NCBI GenBank assembly: GCA_048938295.1
Contig: JBHLMI010000003.1
Location: 1-32,000, forward strand
Direction: 5' to 3'
DNA from: Promethearchaeota archaeon
GTDB taxonomy: Archaea; Asgardarchaeota; Hermodarchaeia; Hermodarchaeales; Hermodarchaeaceae
Length of the DNA stretch: 32,000 nt
Part shown: one piece after another, positions 26,798 to 32,000 of the stretch
How positions within the stretch are numbered: position 1 is the first letter of the stretch
Layout: every line of letters starts with the position of its first letter
The notes under the pieces: model-generated
What the model saw: only the letters and a program-made list of their open reading frames with translations
What the model was told of the DNA's origin: nothing
Database searches by the model: none
Program-made: the position numbers and the translations under genes

Positions 26798-29359
26798 TTG
26801 GCTACACCTAAACTCATGAAATCCCTTTTCATAATATCAATTCTCCTCACCGTGATTCCAATAGCTTCATTATCTCCAGCAAACACAATCCTAGCATTTT
26901 CCAATACACAGTCAATCAATGCACTAACCACTTTTCCAGTAACGGCGAATGGGGCGTCTTTAATAGCTCCAGGACCAGATCTTGGAATCACAAACTGGAC
27001 GCATAATCACATTGAAAACCCTGGACTTGAAACATGGCCTTCCCAGTATGTCGCTACGGATTGGGGGGACTATCGAAGTGGAGATCGATACACTTGGTTT
27101 GCCACAGACATTGTCAGCGAAGGTACATATTCGGCTGCACAAACAGCACGCTCAAGTCCTGGACAGACTGGATATTCCTATTGGTATCAAACCGTATTGT
27201 CGGCTGATATGCGAAACCTAACTCTTGATTTTGATTGGTATATCACCACCCTCTCAAATCCCAGTGGGGACGCCTATTTTGTCTATCTCAGATTGAGTGA
27301 TGGCAAATACCTGTACTACTATCTTGCTGGTGCCATTGGCCAAACATTTACTAATTCCTCATCACAAGCTAACTTTTTGACGCGTGGACCTGAAAACACT
27401 TGGAATAATCTGTACCGGAATCTAACCGCGGATTATTTAGCAGTATTTCCATCGACGCTCCCCCCTGGACTTATGGTGACGACTATTTACTATTATATCC
27501 AATGTGCTGCTTTCACAGTGCAGTTCTTAGAATCTTACTTTGACGATGTAAAACTACAAAATGAAACGATCACCTTTATCGGTGGAACCACGCGTAACGG
27601 AGACATGGAGACAGGATCCTTTAATCCATGGTATTCCTCAGGAAACAGTGATGCTGCATATGTATCACGAAGTACTACGGCGTATTCAGAAAGCTTCAGC
27701 GGCAATATCACTGCACTATCAAATGGCAACTCAAGTTTCGGTCAACTTTATCAAAGCCCCAATGTACGGATAACTGACCAAAACCAAGGCAGCTTCAGTT
27801 TTTGGTGGCAATTAGACCAGAACAACATTGGCAATGGCGACTATGCCATGTGGAATTTCCAATTCTATAACTTCACTGACTACTTCCGCATTTGGTACTT
27901 CATTGGATATGGCGGTTTCTTCCCATTCAGTAACAGTAGTTGGGATTACTATCTACTCAGTGATAACTTCAATACCACAGGATTATGGCAATTACTCCAA
28001 TGTAATATCTGGGAAGAAAAATCAGCCATTTATGGTCCAGGTGACGCTATTCTTACCACTATCTTCTTCTCTGCCCGTGCCACTAATCCTCAGGCACGAA
28101 TTGAGCTCCTCATCGATGATGTGAAATTATCCGCTCGAGCGATCAATAGTGCTGATTTTGAAGATCAACGCGATCCTGGCACCCCAATCTATGGCTGGGA
28201 TATTACAGTTTCCAATGATATTACCGTAACTGATCAAGGATATGGTGGAGGGAAGGCAGCGAATTGCTCGTTCGATGTATATCAAGGGGCAAACTTGAAC
28301 CAGGATCTCCATAAACGCCCCCTCAATAGTACCCGAGAAACCTACCTAGATACTATGTGGCGCTTAGAGGACTTTTCCCTTGGTTCAATATTCTTCCGAA
28401 TCGAATTCACAAATAACCACCAAATCACCTATATCCTTGGCACTTCCGATTGGGGCTTGCTCCTCAATAACAGCATGAATGCCTTTTTCAACGTCACCGC
28501 CAGTGGAACTCTTGGCATATGGCAGCAGATGCATCGTGACCTCGTCCACGATTATGAAACCGCCTTTGGTAGCCTTCCTGACGTGGAAATGAGTGTTATC
28601 ACTTTCTATGCAGAATCAGGAAATGCCCCCCTTGAAGTGCTCTTCGATGACCTTTACCTCTACGATGACCCTGCACCACGACTCACCAACCCCATGATGC
28701 CTAGCACACCCCCACTCCATAACGATCCTGTGCCCCTAGATGTGAACGCGGAGGACCAAGACCTAGACACCGTCATGCTCATCTACCGTATCAATTCCGG
28801 AGTCTATAACTTTCTACCCATGGCCCACCTAACAGGTAACACCTATCGTGCAACCATCCCAGGGCAGCCCTGGGATACCCTTGTAGAGTACTTCTTCCAA
28901 GCCAACGATACCTGGGGTATGACAACAACTCTACAGAATGGACCAGAACACTACCAATACACGGTTGACGAAAACATTAGTCCAGACCTTACTATCGACG
29001 CACCATCAGACGGAGCCACTGTTACTGGGACGGTCACGATTGAGGTGACTGCCACTGATGCCGAAAGCGGCATGGCCAGGGTGGAGTTTGCTATCGACGG
29101 CACCATCTTTCACACTGATATGAGCGCCCCCTACAGTTACAGCTGGGATTCGACCACAATTACCGATGGAACCCATTCTATTGACATCACCGCTATCGAC
29201 AACGCAGGGAACGAAGCCACCGACTCAGTATCCATCATTGTTAGTAACGTCGTACTGCCGCCACCACCCGTAATCCCCGGATTCTCCCTGGGATCCATCC
29301 TACTTGGCCTCGCGGTCGCATTAATGATGATCATTATCATTCGACGCCGAAAACCATAA
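26798..29359 (+). CDS. Large cell-surface protein: three CBM/jelly-roll-like modules, Ig-like domains and a PGF-type sorting signal
   Basis: Signal peptide; modules start ENPGLE/NGDME/NSADFE and end FDDVKL/IDDVKL/FDDLYL; bacterial Ig-like P..GATVTG...APYSYSWD...DGTH...A.DNAGN; ends PPPPVIPGF + TM + RRRKP. Confidence 0.82.
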   Translation: MATPKLMKSLFIISILLTVIPIASLSPANTILAFSNTQSINALTTFPVTANGASLIAPGPDLGITNWTHNHIENPGLETWPSQYVATDWGDYRSGDRYTWFATDIVSEGTYSAAQTARSSPGQTGYSYWYQTVLSADMRNLTLDFDWYITTLSNPSGDAYFVYLRLSDGKYLYYYLAGAIGQTFTNSSSQANFLTRGPENTWNNLYRNLTADYLAVFPSTLPPGLMVTTIYYYIQCAAFTVQFLESYFDDVKLQNETITFIGGTTRNGDMETGSFNPWYSSGNSDAAYVSRSTTAYSESFSGNITALSNGNSSFGQLYQSPNVRITDQNQGSFSFWWQLDQNNIGNGDYAMWNFQFYNFTDYFRIWYFIGYGGFFPFSNSSWDYYLLSDNFNTTGLWQLLQCNIWEEKSAIYGPGDAILTTIFFSARATNPQARIELLIDDVKLSARAINSADFEDQRDPGTPIYGWDITVSNDITVTDQGYGGGKAANCSFDVYQGANLNQDLHKRPLNSTRETYLDTMWRLEDFSLGSIFFRIEFTNNHQITYILGTSDWGLLLNNSMNAFFNVTASGTLGIWQQMHRDLVHDYETAFGSLPDVEMSVITFYAESGNAPLEVLFDDLYLYDDPAPRLTNPMMPSTPPLHNDPVPLDVNAEDQDLDTVMLIYRINSGVYNFLPMAHLTGNTYRATIPGQPWDTLVEYFFQANDTWGMTTTLQNGPEHYQYTVDENISPDLTIDAPSDGATVTGTVTIEVTATDAESGMARVEFAIDGTIFHTDMSAPYSYSWDSTTITDGTHSIDITAIDNAGNEATDSVSIIVSNVVLPPPPVIPGFSLGSILLGLAVALMMIIIIRRRKP

Positions 29360-29375
29360 CCGCTTAACCAATCCT

Positions 29376-29410
29376 GCCCAGCACCATGCTGGGCTTCCAT
29401 ACTTTTTTTC
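29376..29410 (+). terminator. Hairpin + oligo-T terminator
   Basis: GCCCAGCA-CCA-TGCTGGGC (29376-29394) followed by T7 at 29403-29409. Confidence 0.7.
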
Positions 29411-29752
29411 TGTGATGTGAAACGTTTTATCTTTCGATGGGTCGAAAACTGAGAGAACAACATATAAATCAAAAAATACGTATAATAATACGTCATAACA
29501 TTGAAAATATAATAAAACATTATAAAAAATAAATATGCTATATTATCAACAAAACATCGAAACAATTCGACCCACCGAACACCAATCAGCCACCACCAAA
29601 GACAAAACTCCTTCAGCCAAGACCACGGCACCCCAAAATGAATGATGTGAAACATCCATTTTACGTCATAGAAGCCTCTGCACCAGAATAGGCGTCATTT
29701 TTTCACTCTTTTTTATGTTCTATAGACAATAGTACGCTTCAGGTGATTCATA

Positions 29753-30298
29753 TTGCTTGAGGGTAAGAAGATCAATCTTCGGCCATATGAGAAGGAAGAC
29801 GTGCCGTTGTTTGCGAAATGGATGAACGATCCAGAGTTTGTGGGTCAGTATTTTTTGCCGGTGATGCTTTCCCTGGATGTATTTGAGAAGAGCTTCAGCG
29901 AGCCATCGCCTGATGGTGCCAGGTTTGTTATTGAAACCAAAGATGGCCAATCTGCCGGGTATATTAGCCACTTCAAGGTCGACGTTGGGGGCGGTGTAAC
30001 ATGGACAGAAATTGCGTACGGTTTAGCTCCCGAGCACCGTCGAAAGGGCTATTGTACAGAGGCAATCGCTTTGATGGTTGATTACCTTTTCTTGAGTAAA
30101 GAGATCGAACGCGTTCAGGCCATGGTCATGGAGGAAAACATCGGCTCTAAATTGGCGTTAGAGAAAAATGGCTTCACAAAGGAGGGTGTCCTACGAAGGC
30201 TGGCGTTCTTTGTAGGCCGCTATTGGGATATAACGGTCTACAGCATTCTGCGTAGCGAATGGAAGAGCCCAAAGATCCTCCCATATACACGAAAGTAA
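29753..30298 (+). CDS. RimJ/RimL-family GNAT acetyltransferase
   Basis: INLRPYEKED, EIAYGLAPEHRRKGYCTEA, N.GS..ALEKNGF.KEG.LR. Confidence 0.9.
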   Translation: MLEGKKINLRPYEKEDVPLFAKWMNDPEFVGQYFLPVMLSLDVFEKSFSEPSPDGARFVIETKDGQSAGYISHFKVDVGGGVTWTEIAYGLAPEHRRKGYCTEAIALMVDYLFLSKEIERVQAMVMEENIGSKLALEKNGFTKEGVLRRLAFFVGRYWDITVYSILRSEWKSPKILPYTRK

Positions 30299-30647
30299 CT
30301 CAAATTTATCTGAAATCGTGTGCAAGTGACCCCTGAAAGGGGTGTCTGGGCAGGGTTTTTAGTAGATTTTAGGGGGTAAAGTGAGGATTTTGAAACTCAA
30401 TTCAGATTAGAGGACTTTGGGTATAGTTTGTGGCGAATAGGTGTTCAGGTTTTTGGTGGCCTGGGTGTGTTTGGGCTGGCCTGTGGGGTGCTGGTTGGCG
30501 TTCCACTCTGGCTAGCCACGGGGTTTCTGAAATATGTGCGGTGCTTCTTTTTTTCTTGATTTTACCATCGGTGGGAGCATATGGACGTTGTAAGCGATGG
30601 ACAAAAGGCGATAGCGCAAGAAAAGGCTAGGTTAACAAAGGTTTCGT

Positions 30648-31169
30648 CTAACGGGGAATCCATTTTGGTACTCGTTTTTTGTAGTCGAGATAGTCGTTGC
30701 CGAATTTCGCTTCAAGGAGGTGTTCTTCGCCTGTGGCTAAGTAGTTGTAGCCAATTATGACGGTGAGGAGTGGAATAAGGGTGAGTAAGGAGAGGGTGGT
30801 GATCCAAAAGCCTAGGTAGAGGAGAATTGAGCCCAGATACATGGGGTGTCGGATCCGAGCGTAGAGCCCATAGTCAACTACTTTGGGTTCTGTAGGTTCG
30901 AAGACGATGTGTGATCGGGACATAAGGTATATCCCGGCGATGATAATGAAGAGGCCAGGTATGATCGAGAGTAGGAAGGAGAGGATGTAAGTGAGATTAG
31001 AAAAGCCAATGATCATTACAATATACAACGGTAATAACCACAAGTAGCTTGTGAGTCGGAAGACAAAGGAGTCAAGAATCCAAACAAGTATGAAGAAGAT
31101 GGAAAGGCCGATTTGGATGATATGACTGCGCCGTGCTTCACCGGCGAGGTGAGTATGTTCGTGAGGCAT
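30648..31169 (-). CDS. Isoprenylcysteine carboxyl methyltransferase/PEMT-family membrane protein
   Basis: G.YARIRHPMYLG and EEHLLEAKFG.DY.DYKKRVPKWIP. Confidence 0.88.
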   Translation of the reverse strand: MPHEHTHLAGEARRSHIIQIGLSIFFILVWILDSFVFRLTSYLWLLPLYIVMIIGFSNLTYILSFLLSIIPGLFIIIAGIYLMSRSHIVFEPTEPKVVDYGLYARIRHPMYLGSILLYLGFWITTLSLLTLIPLLTVIIGYNYLATGEEHLLEAKFGNDYLDYKKRVPKWIPR

Positions 31170-31365
31170 GATTATTCACCTTATTATTTTAGGCACACCT
31201 AAATCAAGTATTTAAAGTTTCACGTTCTCTAATAAACCAACCAAATTACGCTACTAGGAGAGTGCTAGAAACTTACCGAGGAACTGGTTGTATAGAAAGG
31301 TTCAATGGAATGCCTTCATTTAGTCTAGAAAAAGGACTATCGTAAGGGTAACTTGCACACCCGTA

Positions 31366-31548
31366 TCATGCCTGTTTTTCTTCGGGGAGTTCAGATGCGC
31401 TTTTACAAAAGAGGCTGAAGATGAAGCATATTCCAATCATGAAGGGTAGCCAGAGCCAATGTACAAGGACAAGACTCAAGATTATCCCAAGTGTGATTCC
31501 GATGATGACTGCGAGAATAATCCGTTGATACTGTGATACGCGTTGCAT
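31366..31548 (-). CDS. Small membrane protein of about 60 aa (start placed at ATG 31548)
   Basis: GGAGG RBS before MQRVSQ; two hydrophobic segments. Confidence 0.55.
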   Translation of the reverse strand: MQRVSQYQRIILAVIIGITLGIILSLVLVHWLWLPFMIGICFIFSLFCKSASELPEEKQA

Positions 31549-31671
31549 GAAGGAACCTCCAATGTGTTTGCCGGTATGCACTTTTTAATTTTATACAGGT
31601 TTCTCGTGGCTAGCAAAGGTGAGTAAGATAGAGTATTATCTAACCTTGCGATTATTTCCAATTGATTTGCT

Positions 31672-32000
31672 ATGAGTAGGAAGAATTACACGCTCATTTT
31701 GCGGGAGAAACTCATTGATCGAGGCGCTTCGCTTATTGGAGTGGCGAATCTTGAGGGGCTTTTGCCCTCCTCCTTTGATCAATTTTCACAAGGAGTGAGT
31801 ATTGGAGTCCGATTATCCGATAGCATTGTAGATGAGTTGCTCACAGGTCCAACAAAGGCATACGCTTATCATTATCACGCTGTGAATCGATTCCTTGATA
31901 ATTTGGCAATTTTTGCGACCAATTTATTACAGAAATGGAACTATAGGGCATTTCCGATTCCAACCTCACAGACCGTGGATTTGAAGCGGCATAAGGCTCA
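31672..32000 (+). CDS. 5' part of an epoxyqueuosine-reductase-like (QueG-type 4Fe-4S) protein running off the right edge
   Basis: Open from ATG 31672: GASLIGVANL...VSIGVRLS...YAYHY...LDNLA...L...Y.A.PIP.SQ. The Fe-S motifs would lie beyond the edge. Confidence 0.6.
   Translation, partial: MSRKNYTLILREKLIDRGASLIGVANLEGLLPSSFDQFSQGVSIGVRLSDSIVDELLTGPTKAYAYHYHAVNRFLDNLAIFATNLLQKWNYRAFPIPTSQTVDLKRHKA

Noticed and set aside
832-30630. Numerous other short ORF-track entries antisense or out of frame within long genes
   Set aside because: They are fully nested in well-supported CDSs and show no motifs of their own.
15660-31169. CAAX-protease-like, ICMT-like and Rab-like genes as a proto-prenylation pathway
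   Set aside because: The genes are not clustered, CPBP and ICMT-like families are widespread in prokaryotes, and the GTPase has no C-terminal cysteine.
31282-31292. AACTGGTTGTA identical to 3017-3027 beside the L2 arm
   Set aside because: A single 11-mer match is expected many times in 32 kb, and no core follows it.

Overview
The window looks archaeal, most likely Asgard. This is inferred from a Rab-like GTPase coupled to a longin-like gene, two surface proteins with PGF-type C-terminal sorting signals, and archaeal-style RBS/TATA elements. It splits into two halves. (1) 1-14.7 kb is an accessory region of small, unrelated enzyme and membrane genes in mixed orientation: merA, SnoaL/NTF2-like proteins, Zn-alcohol dehydrogenase, hydrolases, tautomerase, GNAT, DUF4386-like and MBL-fold. 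These are punctuated by a same-orientation, intergenic repeat family with invariant core TACTCACAAA: 7 exact copies at 249, 1960, 3043, 6328, 7707, 13402 and 14712, plus degenerate and variant copies. The arms on either side of the core occur in mix-and-match combinations, which suggests a non-canonical, integron-like cassette array built by site-specific recombination and anchored 16 bp upstream of htrA. No recombinase is visible in the window. The array also holds four gene remnants (two of them decayed paralogues of intact array genes) and an unannotated 40-aa ORF in its own 523-bp repeat-bounded unit. (2) 14.7-32 kb lacks the repeat and looks more core-like: htrA, a CPBP protease, two large cell-surface proteins, a longin-like/Rab-like pair, GNATs, a HEAT protein, an ICMT-like protein and a QueG-like 5' end. 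All calls are by eye and motif recognition; no database searches were run.
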